A stretch of 56,120 bases of DNA, the filler included, from Bipalium vagum (Eukaryota): assembly GCA_037834085.1 (NCBI GenBank). It is 3 parts of 3 records of this genome, joined end to end, with 100 filler letters (N's around TTAATTAATTAA, not from the genome) between each part and the next. Parts side by side here need not be neighbours in the genome. Positions count along the whole stretch, not along the records: positions 1 to 15,779 come from JBBMKC010146241.1; positions 15,880 to 35,971 come from JBBMKC010257795.1; 1 more part is not named here. One strand, 5' to 3'. The translations under genes were made by a program, and so were the position numbers. The notes under the pieces were generated by a model. The model was not told the origin of the DNA and ran no database searches. It saw only the letters and a list, made by a program, of their open reading frames with translations. Below, one piece after another: positions 11,101 through 25,300 of this stretch (the first letter of the stretch is position 1; each line of letters opens with the position of its first letter).

Positions 11101-14100
11101 CAACTTTTCTTTCTTTTTAAATAATTAATATTTGAACTATCGATATTTGACTTAATAACATTCTATCTGATTAATATTGGATTGGATTGATTGTTTTGAT
11201 TTCATTATATTTGAATCAATTTATCGCTTATTTTTGAATTTGTTATGTTTGATTTGTTTTGCAGTTGAGATCGATTTGTTGTGTGACAATCATTGTGTAT
11301 CTGTATTAGTGAATTAAAATTTTTGTGATCGCTTTAATTCAATTATTTTCAAACACATTATTAATAAGTGAAAGGTTCAGTAAATTTACGAGCTAAATGT
11401 TAAGGAAAGGTTTCACGGTAATATAAAGAATAAAAAAGTAATTTTATTTTATATATTTTATTTTTTTTTTTTTAAATTTATTTATTCATTTGATCTAATA
11501 TAATCGACTCACAGAGAGTTTTGAATTACAAAGTGTTTTAATATTAATAATAAAATGTATTAAACTACAAATAAAATGTTTTTTAATGACAAAATGTTTT
11601 GAATAATTTTATAATAAATAAGAATTAACATAGAACCAAAATCTTCAAATCACATTTTCCCCATTTTTTATGATTTTTAAAAAATTAAATTAAAAAAAAA
11701 ATTTGCAATTTAAATTTTGGTTTGTATATTTTAAAACTACTTATTAGAAAGTTTTAATTAATAAAAATTATAAAAGTTTAGTTAATAAAATAAATTTTAA
11801 TTAATAAAGCAATAAGATACTTAATTTGAATTAACATCAAATTTTGATGTAATAAACTTTTTAATCCTAAAAATGGTAAAAAAAATGATTGATGAAATGA
11901 TTGATGAATTTATTACATGCCATAAAATAAATAAAAGAAAGAAAATTGAATTTTTGTGATGATTGTAATAGATATTTTGAAAAGGTACCTTTAACAAATC
12001 AAACATTACTTAAAACAAATATATAAAGAAATTCCGAAAATATATAAATGTAAAATTTGTGATTTTAAATTTTAAAAAAGTCGTTTATATCATGAAGGAA
12101 TTAAAAATAATCTCAAACTTGTATCTTGAATACAAAACTTACTAAATTTTTTATCTATGAAAATAATTGGAGTATTATAAAAGAAATTCAAATATAATAT
12201 AATAGGAAAATTATGTAAAAATTTTAATCAATAAAATTTTTTAATTAACCTAATAAATATAAAGAATAAAAATGTTAAGCTAAAAAAAGAATCATTATAA
12301 AAATTATAAAATACTTTATCACAAAAATGTTCAAAATCTTTTATTTTAAAAAGTAAAAAACGGGTATTATTTTCAAATTGCAAATTCCATTAATATTAGA
12401 TAATATTTATTGATAAAGACAATAATAATAAATTTTTCATAAATTATAGATACAAAAAATAGTTTTAAAAAGATGTACATTTAATTCTCGGTTCCTGCGA
12501 CATAAATGAAATGTCTAAATCAATCGAAAATGAATTAGTAGATTTTAATAACGAAGATTGAGAAAAATCAAAATAGACAAATTATTCTTCATCATGATAA
12601 CTCCAGTTCTCGGCGGTTCGTCATATATCGATTTCGCAGTCACTAAAAATGTAAAATTAATAAAATGACCAATATTTATCTTGTAACCAATTTTTGTTCG
12701 AAAAAAATAAATTACGTGGTGAGAATGGAAAAAATGAAAGTGTGTTGATTTTGAAGGCGATTCGTTTTTTTCAAGTACTACCGTTTTCCCCGTCAACCTA
12801 AGATTTTTAGAAAGATTAAGTACAGTAAAACAAACAAAAAGCTCCAAATAGCCTTAAGAAAAATGAATCGAAATATTTCGTAAAATTATTTATCCAGAAA
12901 AGGTTCATTAGTCTTAATCAATCGTTTTTTTATTTTTCAATAAATTTTCCAATTTTTCATTTGTGATTATTTCTGAATATGAAATTCAGCTCAAACAAAC
13001 TAAGCCCACGAGAATTGATTGTTTTGAGTGAAATTAATTTTTGTCAATGGTTATTCTTTCTCAAGTAAATTTCCTCTGTTATTATAGCTCTATTGTTGTT
13101 GTTATTATTATTTTCTGTGTGTACTTAGTTCAGTAATACCATTGCTCAATATTGATTTTGTACACCTCATAATTGCAATTTTGTTTTAATACTTTCAGGG
13201 TTCCCTACAGAAATCGCTTTTAGGAAATGACATTCATTAATCATTTTTTTATTAAAAAATAAATTTTTATTTTATTTCAAAAATCAAATTTTTCGTGTCT
13301 TATTTTGACGTTAAGACCTCATAAGTGTAAAAATCTTCGTGGGAAAATAAATAATTTTTAATTAATCAAATATAACTCATTTCCCGAATTTTTCTATATT
13401 TTTTTATATTCAAATAAAGAAAACAAAATATTCTACAAGCCCTATTATAAAATATAGTCTGGTTTCATGTCCCAAGCTGTCGATATCGATCAGTAAAAAG
13501 TAAATCATTGAATAAAATAAGTTCTAAAGAGAAATCATTCAGCACAGATCTCTATTTTGGAAAAATTAATTAGCACCTTGATTAATGACAAAAATAATAA
13601 TAGAAACAAACGCGACAGCTCAAAAGAAAATGTCATTTAAGAAAGAAATGTCTTTTGTTCATTTGCAACGTTTTGAAGGATCATTTGGTAAAAGAATTAG
13701 GGTATTTTTCTAATCCTTTTTTGTTTTGAATAAATTTATTGATTTTAATTGATCTTATTATTGGAAAATGTTCTAAATAAATTTATTGAGCACTTATATA
13801 GTCTTATTAGTTTATCTTTGAACAATTTGAATGAGATTTTTATTTTTTAGATAATACGTCTTTTTTTTGTTAAAGAAAATATTAAAATTTTCGTACACTA
13901 ATTTGATTAATTGTTTTAATTGTCTTTTATTTATAAATTATTTTTTATTTCATTATTTATGTGAATTATATGAATTAATTTTTTTTGTTTAAATATTAAG
14001 ATTCTTTTTCATCTATTGTCAATTAATTTATTTTTTAATTGATTAGGTATAATAAATACCTTTAAATATTAAAAGAAAGTAAACTAATAATAATAAAAAT

Positions 14101-14423
14101 AAAAAATAATAATAACAGATAATCTAAATTAAAAATAATTATAAATAATTAAAAATAATTATAAATAATAAATAAATAAATAATAATAAATAAAATAAAA
14201 TATAAATAATTATAATAATAATAAACTTATAAAAAATAAATTATACATAAAGAGGATCTTTTAAAAATATAAATAATATATTTTCTTATGTAATATTTTT
14301 TAAAAATTTTAATTTAATTGATAAAAAATAATAAACCTTCATTAAATAAAAAAACTAGTATAAAATGTTAAAAAGAAAAATTGAAATCAAAATAATTCCC
14401 CAAAATGAATTTCGAATAATCAA

Positions 14424-15060
14424 ATGAGGAGTCACAGAGAACGACTCCATGGCAACGAGAGCATTTCAGGAACAGAGATCGATCTTTCCATTGGTAGACA
14501 AATTTCAAAATTGCCACGTTTTATCAATTATTCGTTACGTTTTTCTGTGATTTCCCATGGACTGTGCTACCAATTGTCAATTAATCAATACAGAGCAAAA
14601 TACAACGAGAAAGGCTCATACACGACATTTTGTCCACCTTTCTCAACCAATGCCTGTACCAATCACCTCCGACGTGCATTGGTGTTCTGTGGTGCGCTGT
14701 GTTGCCAGCACCGATTTTGGTGGAATGAGTATTGGAAACAACTCATGGCAGATATGAACGGCCTCAGAATGAACGTTAACATGCAGAACTATTATAAACT
14801 ATGTCAAGATTTTTTCTGTTTACTCTATGAACAAATATACCAACCCCACAGTGAATAAAAACACGTTTTTCAAATTTGATATTTATTTTGCAAATAACAT
14901 TACCAAACGAAAATGTCTCAGTGACTTGTGGAAGAAAATATCCAAAACGATTCCGAACACGGGTCCGGTCCGGCAGCTCATTTCTCCTCGTATAATCTCA
15001 TCTGGTAATTGAAGTTGCCCTGCCGTAACTTCAATGCCAGTTTAGATTGTATCTGAAATG
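14424..15060. promoter_or_regulatory. GC-elevated unique island, probable promoter/enhancer
   Basis: Sharp compositional contrast with flanks; X-box-like GACTCCATGGCAAC (14443-14456) and GTTGCCCTGCCGTAAC (~15014); three CCAAT pentamers; no convincing protein in any frame. Confidence 0.35.
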
Positions 15061-15709
15061 ATGAATCAGAGAGTTTCGCTTTTATGATTATAATTTTTAT
15101 TATTATTATTATTATTAAATATTGATTATTATTCTTTGTTTTGAGTATTCTTTCGTATACCGAATAGTGATCAGATTTCGGTAACGAAGACTACTTAGAA
15201 TAAGGAAAAGTTATCATCAAAAGAATGTCTCATTTAAGTGTATTGGCCTTTCTTTACCATTCAATGCCTTCGAACCATTGTGGTGGCCGTCTTCAGTTTC
15301 ATCATAAAGAACAGGTTTTTAGTTTCTAATTAAAATATTTTTAATACAAAAATTTTATTTGACATTTTATTATTATTATGTACATTGAAGTTGAAAGTTT
15401 TTAAAGTTATAAAAATAAAAAATTATAAGTTTTTAATTTTATTAAATTTATTTTATATATATATTTTAAATAGAAATTTTATTATTTATATATTAAGAGA
15501 TTAATTAAATCATATTGAAACAAAACAGATGGAATTAAAATTAATAAAACCTTATACTGAAACTATCAAATTGACATCTGATCATTGAAAGTCAGAAATC
15601 TTAAAGGGAAAATATAATGTTGTCTGATGACCCATATGCATGTATTCAAAGAGCCTAGTCTATAAACCTTTAAATCTTTTTGAATTTAATATATTTAGAT
15701 TAATATGAA

Positions 15710-15779
<70 letters not shown>
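15710..15779. repeat. (AAT)n microsatellite at contig end
   Basis: Perfect trinucleotide run up to the gap. Confidence 0.95.
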
Positions 15780-15879
15780 NNNNNNNNNNNNNNNNNNNNN
15801 NNNNNNNNNNNNNNNNNNNNNNNTTAATTAATTAANNNNNNNNNNNNNNNNNNNNNNNNNNNNNNNNNNNNNNNNNNNN
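15780..15879. other. Artificial contig spacer
   Basis: 44 N + TTAATTAATTAA (stops in all six frames) + 44 N = 100 bp. Confidence 0.97.
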
Positions 15880-16040
15880 GACATTTTCAATAAAATACTG
15901 ACAATTTAGTTATTTTACTGACATCAGTTATACTGATATAGAAAATACTTACATTAAATAATAAATACTGACAAATTAGTTAAAATAATGACAATTTAAT
16001 TAAAATACTGACAAAAAATGAAAAAAATACTGACATGTTA
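15880..16040. repeat. ~20-bp minisatellite (aaaatactgacaatttagtt)
   Basis: Repeated imperfect copies of aaatactgaca at the contig start. Confidence 0.8.
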
Positions 16041-16079
16041 AATACAAGCCTTTCATTTTGTAGTTAGAATGTATCACTT

Positions 16080-16230
16080 TTAATTTTTCCAAACCATTTC
16101 TGAGTTGTCAGCGCGCGCTTATGATACATTTTCCATATACCTCACAAATTTTGCAAGCCGTTGTGCAGCTTTACAACCACGTTCGTAAACAAAAGACACC
16201 GGATTCAATAGTTCAATGTAAAATATCCGC
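16080..16230 (-). mobile_element. Mariner N-terminal HTH fragment
   Basis: YERGCKAAQ..CKICEVYGKCIISAR..QKWFGK. Confidence 0.7.
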
Positions 16231-18459
16231 AAAGTAAATATTTGAAATTAGTTCAGTAAAACAAAAAAAGCAAAAAGACTTGGCCCATAGCTACTTCTCG
16301 TTATGAGAGTTGTACTAATATTTTAAACATTTAATACAATATAATACTTATAATTAAATAATTATTGTTTTAAATATTAAAATTATATACTATATGTATA
16401 CTAGGCTCAAATCGATATGCCTATAGACGAGACCAGGACAAGACCCATCGTTGAATTCTTTTGTATCAAATCGATTCACCTAAAACAAATCTAGAATAGT
16501 CTTCTAACAATAAGGAATTTATTTTCTACAATTTTCCTTCAGATGTTTTGATAAGAAAAGTTTCATCTTCGAATATCAGTTTTTTCTTCAAATATTCTTT
16601 TTTTCTCTACTGAACCACTTCTCCAGTAAATTTTTAATTTTATATTGGTCCAGCCGACTAATCAAATGATGGTAAATAATTTCTCTTTAAAAAATAATCC
16701 TTTATCTATTTTCTTGGTATTTGAAAATAATAAAAATTATTGATATTAAAATGAAAAAGAATCACTTCGCGAAAATAGTGATTATTTGGTATATATTTCG
16801 CCATCTAAAATATATGAAAAAAATGCAATCATTATTAAAAAAAATCATTATTATAAAATAATCTTTAAACTAAATAACAACAATTAATTCAGTAAAACAA
16901 ATATAAAACAAATTCAGCTAGTTACAAAAGCTCATTTTCAACACACACACCTATAATTTTTATTATTCAGACACTATTTTCAGTCTTTAAATTTTAGAGA
17001 ATTTCGTAAGTCTTCCTGAAAATCAATTAAATAATTTGATTTTTTAGTTTGGAAATCGCAAGAGCAAGTATATTGATCTTAAGGAATATTATACTAAATA
17101 ATTAAAATATTTTTAAATATTTAAGTATTTTTCCTTTGTCTGGCTAAATATTTTCAACCAGTATACGATATTTGATTAGTGAAACTTTTTAGGAAGATCT
17201 TATATTACTATAATAATCCTGGAAATGTTAAATGATTAGATTTTGATTAATTAATTACTTTTACTGTTATTATCAATGTATATAGTCTTTCAAGTAAACT
17301 TACATTTATCTAGTACAATCAATTCTTATAATTTATCTTAATTATTTTAAATTTGACTGTGACATGTCGAATAAGTTTAATATATAGATTTGTTTAAATG
17401 AATAATTTTAATAAAATTTCATTAAAGCTGTCATTTAAATTTTGCTAAATTAGATATTACAAAGGAAATTGTACATAGCGAAATAATTCAGGACAATATT
17501 TAATAATGACAATGTTACAAAAATTAATAATGCATTTATCTCATTAATTTCTAATTAATTCTTTACACTATAATTTATTATGTGACAAGATAATAATTAT
17601 TATTAGCTGTCATTAAAATATATTCAAGTAACTTAAGAAAAGTTCACTGAACATCTGAAACAGTGACATGCAATAAAGCATGAAACAAAAAAACAACTGA
17701 AAAATGATTGGAAACACCACATTTATTTACAAATAGATTGAGAAAAATGAAACAAAGTAAATTAGTAATATCAATGAAGGAGAGTCTTTGATTTTTCATG
17801 TAATCCCCATCTCTACGCATCTATACACAAGCATGCCATTTTTAATAAAATGCCATTACTACCTGATTTTGCCCTAGCATGGCATATTGTACAATCGACA
17901 AATACAAACGTCTGTACATTCATTGGACTGGTAATGACACTGACACATACATACACGGACACGAAAATTATGTTGTTTGTTGCATTACATACAACAAAAT
18001 ATAAATGACAGAAAAATAATTAATCAATAATTTACTGATTATGTCTCACGGTCAGAATAAAAATACTTAATACACTAATTACCAACATACTCATTCAAAC
18101 ACATTGACAATATATTATGGAGGGATAGAAAAATTCTATCAAACCATTTTATGAAGAAAATTTGATTCTGTGTTTGTATGTTGAAAATTACTGATAAATT
18201 CTCATATGTAACAATCTACAGTGGACTAGAAAAATAAATGAAACACACATTCACAACTCACACATCACAGTACCACCACATTGATTTATGGCCACCGATA
18301 TTGAATGACACACACTGACACACTTATATACATCAATAGGAATGTGTGATGACATATTAAAATTGTTAAAAACAACAATTCAAGAAGCTTCTCACTAAAT
18401 AATGATTTTCGGACTATTACATGTGTAAGTATGTTTCAATGGTTGTCCAAAATTAGCGT

Positions 18460-19335
18460 GCATAAACAGTGAGAGAGAGAGAGAGAGTGAGTGTCCAAAT
18501 TCAATCAACTAATTTTCAATTCTCTAGTTCGACGACAATGACAAAGATGAGGGACACGGAAAAATGAATGGAGCATCCCAGTAAAACAAATTACAACAGC
18601 AACGACAACGACGACGACGACAACAACTAGTGTGCCTGTTATTATTTATAAATTATCGTGTTGTTGGTGTTACATTCAAATTTTCCTATCCCAATCCATA
18701 TATTTCTTGTGTCTTTTCTACAAACCAATCCATCGAGCGATTATTAATTTTACGTTCAACTTTCTTGTGTTGTGAACAATTTCAATAGAGACCAGCAGAA
18801 GCAGAAGCAGCAGTAGCAGCACACAGCGAACATTATCGGCCCAGACAATTTCCAATTTCAAGAGAAGAGAACATTGAATCAAAGTAAGTTTTTTTTAGTT
18901 GTTTAATAATCAACTGCTGGTTGCTTTTTCAAATTGGCTTTTCTTCATGCTATGATTTCTTACTGCCTTTTCTTTGCATTCAAACAACGTTCAGCTGAAT
19001 ATCAGTTCTGATGTGCCAGTGCTAATCTAGTGACGATTTGTTGATTGTACATGTTGAATGAAGGCCAATGCAATGCTCTTAATTTTTTACTTGAATATCA
19101 ATTTCCAAATTGTTGTCCATATATTGTTTTGTATAATTTTATCCAAGCTATCATGAACTTAGTACAACTGACATTTTTATTATCAGATTGCTGCCACTAT
19201 TGTAAATTGTGCATTCATGGAATTTTGTCATTAAATGTAAGTCGTTTACCGTTTTTTTGGTTATGAAACGAAATTCGTTGCATGTCTTTAATATATGTTA
19301 ACGTTATAACAGTGATTGGAACCGTTCAATTAACC
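18460..19335 (+). promoter_or_regulatory. Probable ARID2 promoter and spliced 5' UTR (donor at 18884, acceptor before 19313)
   Basis: Less AT-rich, TE-free stretch with a (GA)n tract and (ACG)n/(GCA)n runs. AAA|GTAAGT donor at 18884 and ATAACAG| acceptor 23 nt upstream of the ATG. Confidence 0.45.
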
Positions 19336-22300
19336 ATGTCACACAATCGATCAAATCGAAAACACCACATATCAGGCGTTAATGGAGGATTCAGTTTTCT
19401 ACCCCAAATCAAAGACCGGACATCGGAACAATTTCTCCAAGACATAATCAAAATCCAGGAAAGTCAATAGTAAGATCGGTTTTTGTGGCATTGACAATGA
19501 TTAATTGAACATTTTATATTTTATAACAGTACACCGATCAATCAAGTTCCTACTCTGTTGGGACGTCGAATTGATTTGTTGGCCATGTACAATGCAGTTG
19601 CTCAAAGAGGCGGTTTGAAAAAAGTAGGAACACTTATCGAAAAAAATTCATTGTGGTTGCATGGGATTATGTAATTGGATTAAAGAATGAAAATAGGAAT
19701 TGAATTTCGAAAATCCATTTTTAATTGGTGCTAGATTTAGTAACAAGAAAATCCAAAGGAATTTTTCTACACTATTATTATTACCAGTGTGATTGATGAC
19801 AACGCGGTGCCATTTGATGATGATGATTATGTTGATGACATTGGTGATCGGAAAAAGTAGATTGAACCATTTACGCCGTTGCGCCTGCTGTTCCGATACC
19901 TGCTACTTTCTATAATTAGTTCAGTTGTCTGTGTGGCTCTATTAAGATAAACGAATTTAAATTGAGCGTGTGAGCGTGTGTATATACTTATCCATGTGTG
20001 TGTGAGTGGATATGTTTTGGTATGTATGCCTGAAAACAGATGTTTGAATTCATTGTTACAATGAGTGTGGGTGTGAGTGTTAATATAATAAGTGATCGTG
20101 AATATATTGTATTTTCACAAGTGTTTCCACGCAGTCAACCGTTGCGATGATTTCACGGTTTCTATTTTCAAAACCAACCTCTTGCAAACTGGATTATTTT
20201 ATTATTTACTATTTTTCATGTAGATGGTCACTGAATTATCATGGGAAGGTGTGATGAAAGACTTGAAAATACCGTTGAGATGTGCTAATGCTTGTGTAGC
20301 TTTAAGAAGTATCTATCAACGATATTTAGAACAGTTCGAACGTCTTCAAAGAAATAAGGCCACAATTTCTGATATTGAAGAAGAATTACAAGTGCGTTTA
20401 TTTACGGTTTTTATTTTTTATAACAGTTTATATTAATTTTTGTCCATAAATTGGCTTTACTTTTCTGATATTATTTATTTTCAGAGAAATTAAAAAATTG
20501 CAATGTCACCTCTTCATAGAGTTATGAAACTCTCTTGGTTACAGTTAGGGAAAAAATATTATTTTGTTAAGATTTTCGTAGTATGAAAGCGAACCTCTTG
20601 AAATTTCTTTAATAAATAGCAAAAATAAATTTTAACAATTGGATTCCTTCTTTAAGCTTAGTTATTCTAATATTTTAGGAGACGATAGAAATTTAGAAAT
20701 AGAGAGTTAGTGGGAAAAATTGTATGGTAATAATTAAATATTTTAAAAATTCATTAAATTATTGTTAATAATTTTGTTACAATCATATTTAGCGAAATTA
20801 TTTTGAATAATTTATTATTTTTTAAGCTTCAAAGGTCTTCATATTTTATTTTTTAATGGATTAGTTAATATAATAATGTTAAACAAGTTTGTTTAAATAT
20901 TTAATTAAAAATCAGCTGCGTGGTTTGAGTTAAGACAAAAATAAATGTTTTTAAATCTTTTTTTTCATATTTTAATAAATATTTAAATAAAAAATATCGT
21001 TACACTTCGTCTATATGAACATCGAAGATTTTCATCACATTCGTAAATAGAAATAATATGAATAAGCGTTACGTAACTGATTTAATACTAAACTTCATAA
21101 AAATAGTATAATATTGAAATAAAAAATTAAAATAATAAAGACGTTTCATTTTTAAAGTTTATTCTTTCATTTAATTTTTTGTTTCTTAGAGAATTACTGA
21201 AGTCTTTGATTTTCATTTGTCTAGATTCTTTTTCTCAGTAAATATCACCAATCAACTCCCTCAAAATTTTTCTTTTCTGTAACATTTGTTTGTAAATATC
21301 TTTGAATTTCTTGTGGATTTTAAAAGGCTTTGTACCTAGTACAAATATATTTTCTAAATATTCAACATACTCATCATGACTTATTTCCAATTCTTCGTAA
21401 TCGTCCTTTTTCGCAACAAGATCAAATAAGAGTCGGTCATCAATATCGGGATTAATATCAAAACAAGGAAATAAATCATCGCATTCAGTATCTTCAAAAA
21501 AAAATCAGAGATATTTGTTAGTTTTATATGTAATATCAAATGTTTTCAAAATCCAAACCATTGCTTGATATATATCAATTATTTTAGTCCATTCTTCTAG
21601 TTTAAAATTATTACTTAAGTCAAAATTCATTGACTTACTTTAGTACTGCTGATAATATTCTTTAAAGTCTTATTATTAGGTCGATTCAAAAGTCTTAAAA
21701 ACCATCTCTATCTACATAATATTTCTGCCACTTAGAGAGACACAAATCTTTAAAATCTAGAAAAAGCTGTTCATCCACTCTTTTAGACTCACCGATATTT
21801 TTTTTAGATAATATTATGTCTTAAAAGAAAAAATTGTTACCAGTTTGAAACATAAAAATCTTGATTTCTTAAGTACTCTGGTAATTTTAATCTTTTTGTC
21901 GATATATATCGTTATTTATGATAAAATTTATTGATTTCTGGATCTGGAACTACAACACAGTATGAATGTTATGTTCACTACGCAAATGTGATTTCTTTTT
22001 TTCTGGTATTTAAGTCTAATACGAAGAGTAAATCTCTAGACTTTTAGAAGATTGTTTATACATCAAAATGAAAGATTGTATTTTGATGCCAGAAACCATT
22101 GAAACCTTTATCATTATCAAATCTTTCTCTTCAATGGATAAATCTCTTTTTGTTCGTTTTTGATTCGTCTTTTGCTTACACTAAAATGATAATATTTTTC
22201 ATTTAAGCAAGGTTTTTTAAAAGATTTTTGTAAAAAATAAAATATGGAAACTTTATTTATTTCCAACTAATTAATGTTCATTGTTCACAATAACCAGGGT

Positions 22301-25300
22301 TCATATTGAAAAACCCGTTTTCCCTTAATTCATCCGATTTTAAATAATTATTAACTGATACGTTTATATTGAAGTGTGTTCATATTCAACAAGGTTCATA
22401 TTGATCAGGTTTGATAGTATTTAAGTAATATGTTCATTTCTAACATGATTTATATTTCTAGATGCCTTCCAATTGTATACATAAATGCATTTTCATTATT
22501 AATTTATCAGTTGAAACAATAAAATTTCAGAAATAATATGTATGAAGTAATGTAACAATTTACCGAACAAATTTTAGAGTTCTGTTTTTTTTGACAAAAA
22601 AATTAGCATTGCAAACGTTGAATATTTTATGTGAAAGTACTACATTTTGAGTGATTAGGACAGAAGTATTTTATTTTTGAATACTGTTATATAAATGCAT
22701 TATTTTATAAATATGTTAAGTAAAAGAAAACGAAAAAAAAGTATAATGCGGAACTCGATATGTATGTCACTTTTAATTGAACGAAGAAAAAAAGCTATAT
22801 AGATGGATCATTGTAAGACTTAAAATAATGGATTGCCTCTTAAAATACAAAAGTTCTCATACATTTATATACTATCATAATTCATTTTTTTACTTCCTTG
22901 ATTTATAGAAGTGGTTTATTTTATTACGAGTTAAATCTACGTAATTATAATAAGCCTCTTTTATAATCTCTCTAGTGTTACCACAGTTCTTCTGTTTTCA
23001 TTTTTTGCTGGTAGACAGGAAACTATTTAGTTGATCGAATCAACTTTTATGATTTTTAGAGAAATTATTTCAAGTGATTAAGGTTATGATTGCTTATTCA
23101 TTTTCTGTTTCAATTTCGATTTTGTCGTTACTATATAAATGAGAGTTATCAGACTACCTAATTTTAAAAACCCTTTATAATTTTTGGAACAATAGTCATT
23201 CACAAAGAAATTATAAAAACAGAAGAAATATTTTTCATTGTAATAAGCACTTGAATTACAGGGTGTTCAATATGTCCCTCCACCGAAACCAGAAAATTGC
23301 TTACAGATGCTGAAAAAATATTTGGTGCCTAATATTAAAAGACTGTTAGTTGAAACAGACAATTTTGAGAAAATCATATTTCCATCAAGATGGTGGACAT
23401 AGCAGAATCCCATTGTTTTTTTATAAAATTTTTTTTTATTGAAGTTAACTACCTGCGGACTTAAGAGTCCAGATCTCATCAAATTGAATTTTTCCTGTAT
23501 AATTGTTTATCGTTAATTCATATTAAACCTTGGTGAATTCAAATAAAGAATTGTGGAGGCCTAACATGATATAAAATGATGAAATTCTGATAAGGTATTG
23601 GAAAACGGTATCTCTCGTTTCATAATTTTCTCTCAGAGATAATAATGACCATAACTTTGAACATACCTTATTACATTCTAAATTTTCGATGTTGATAATG
23701 TAAATAAACGTAATAAACATAACAATTGTAACAAAAGGGTTACAATTGTGGAGTGACTTATTGAACTTAGTGAAATTATGTAAAAGAAGTTTTAAAAATT
23801 ATATTTATTTTTTCATAAAGGAAAATTACCGGAAAGATTTAGTAGTTTAGAGTTATCCTCAACTGGGCTAATTTATATGACTCTATTGATGTATTTTCTT
23901 TTTTTCATTCTTGATAAAGATTATAATCATTTATATCAATATTGTGGCTTCAGTGGAAAAGCTTTAAATGGGACATGGATCTAATTTTGGAGCTTCCTTT
24001 AACATCATTTGTGCTGTGGATATAAAACCTTGTCAATTAATGTTCCTTTTTCTAACGTAAAAGAGATATTTATATCTTTTTATTCTTTTTTTTGTTATAT
24101 TATATTTATATTCTATTGATGAATGATGAATATAAATGCACGGAATCAGTTAGGTTATCTCTATTAAATAGAATTTTCTGTTATGCATTTACTGCCGTAA
24201 TCTTTCCTTGACGATTTATCAAGATCAGATTAGTATTATTTCATTTTTATTTAGACTCTCCCAATATGGATAGTAATATTCAGAGGGAAACTTCAAATTA
24301 TTTCAATTTAGTTATAAAATTATTTTGGTACTACGATAATCATCAATTTTATTTTCATCAATTGAGCTGTTATATAGTTAAGTTAGAGTCTTGTATTTTC
24401 CCATTTTCTCTCTTTATAAATATCGATTATTTAAATAATATAAAAGTTATAATTCTAGTCCAATTTTATTGAGGCCATGTTTAATAAAAATCATTTTCTC
24501 TGTTGGGTTTTTACATTAATATCTGAAACAATTTCACATTTTCTTTTATTATGGTGCTAAAAATGTTATTATTCCTGAAAAAAATTAGAGTTATTGAAAA
24601 TTGTTTTAATGTACCTATATTTATAACTTAAAATCATTAAGAAAATAATAAAAAACAATTAATGATTTTCCAATTATATTAATTGTGGAATAAAAAAAAT
24701 TTATCTCGACGAAAACATTAATTTAATGTTTACCTCAAACTTTCAAAGAAACACGATTTATTAATTATTACTTATTAAGATTGATGACACATGTCCGAAT
24801 GTATTTAATAATTACTAGAAATGTTCTCACAAGGTTTTACTAAAATGAACAGGATTTCTGTTTTTCATTTTTTCAATTTTAATATGTAGTTTTACAATAT
24901 ATAAAACATAGATATATAGAGGTACTATTTTCTTTGCCAACCACACCCAAACATACATCATAATTTTCAGAATGTAATTTTTATTATTAATATTATCGCA
25001 GTATTTGATTGTCTATACATATTCAGACCATTGTTAGATGATCGTAAGATGGTATAAGGTAATTTTAAAAAATATTATTATTAACTATTACTTTATTTAT
25101 TTTGAAAATTAAAACAAAATATTAATAAATAAATAAATAATATAGACATTAAAAAAATTGAAACCGTATTATTTAGTCATGTTAATTGTTTCCTAATAAA
25201 GATGAAATTAACAAGAATAAATTATTATGTCAATATAAGTTGCGTGAAAAGCCTTTTAACTAGAGTTGAAAGAATGTGAGGATTTCTTTCGGTTAACAAA

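Noticed and set aside
14424-14858. 144-aa ORF as a protein-coding gene
   Set aside because: No recognisable domain, atypical composition, and explained by locally higher GC; treated as regulatory instead.
15824-15835. TTAATTAATTAA palindrome in both gaps as a biological motif
   Set aside because: Centred in exact 100-bp N spacers; a six-frame-stop assembly linker. Adjacency across the gaps is therefore unproven.
15880-16040. CRISPR-like repeat array
   Set aside because: Degenerate head-to-tail minisatellite without unique spacers, in a eukaryotic genome with no cas genes.
23940-24060. Candidate terminal exon of the ankyrin gene inside ARID2 intron 3
   Set aside because: No ankyrin motif and no acceptor giving a convincing phase-0 continuation.
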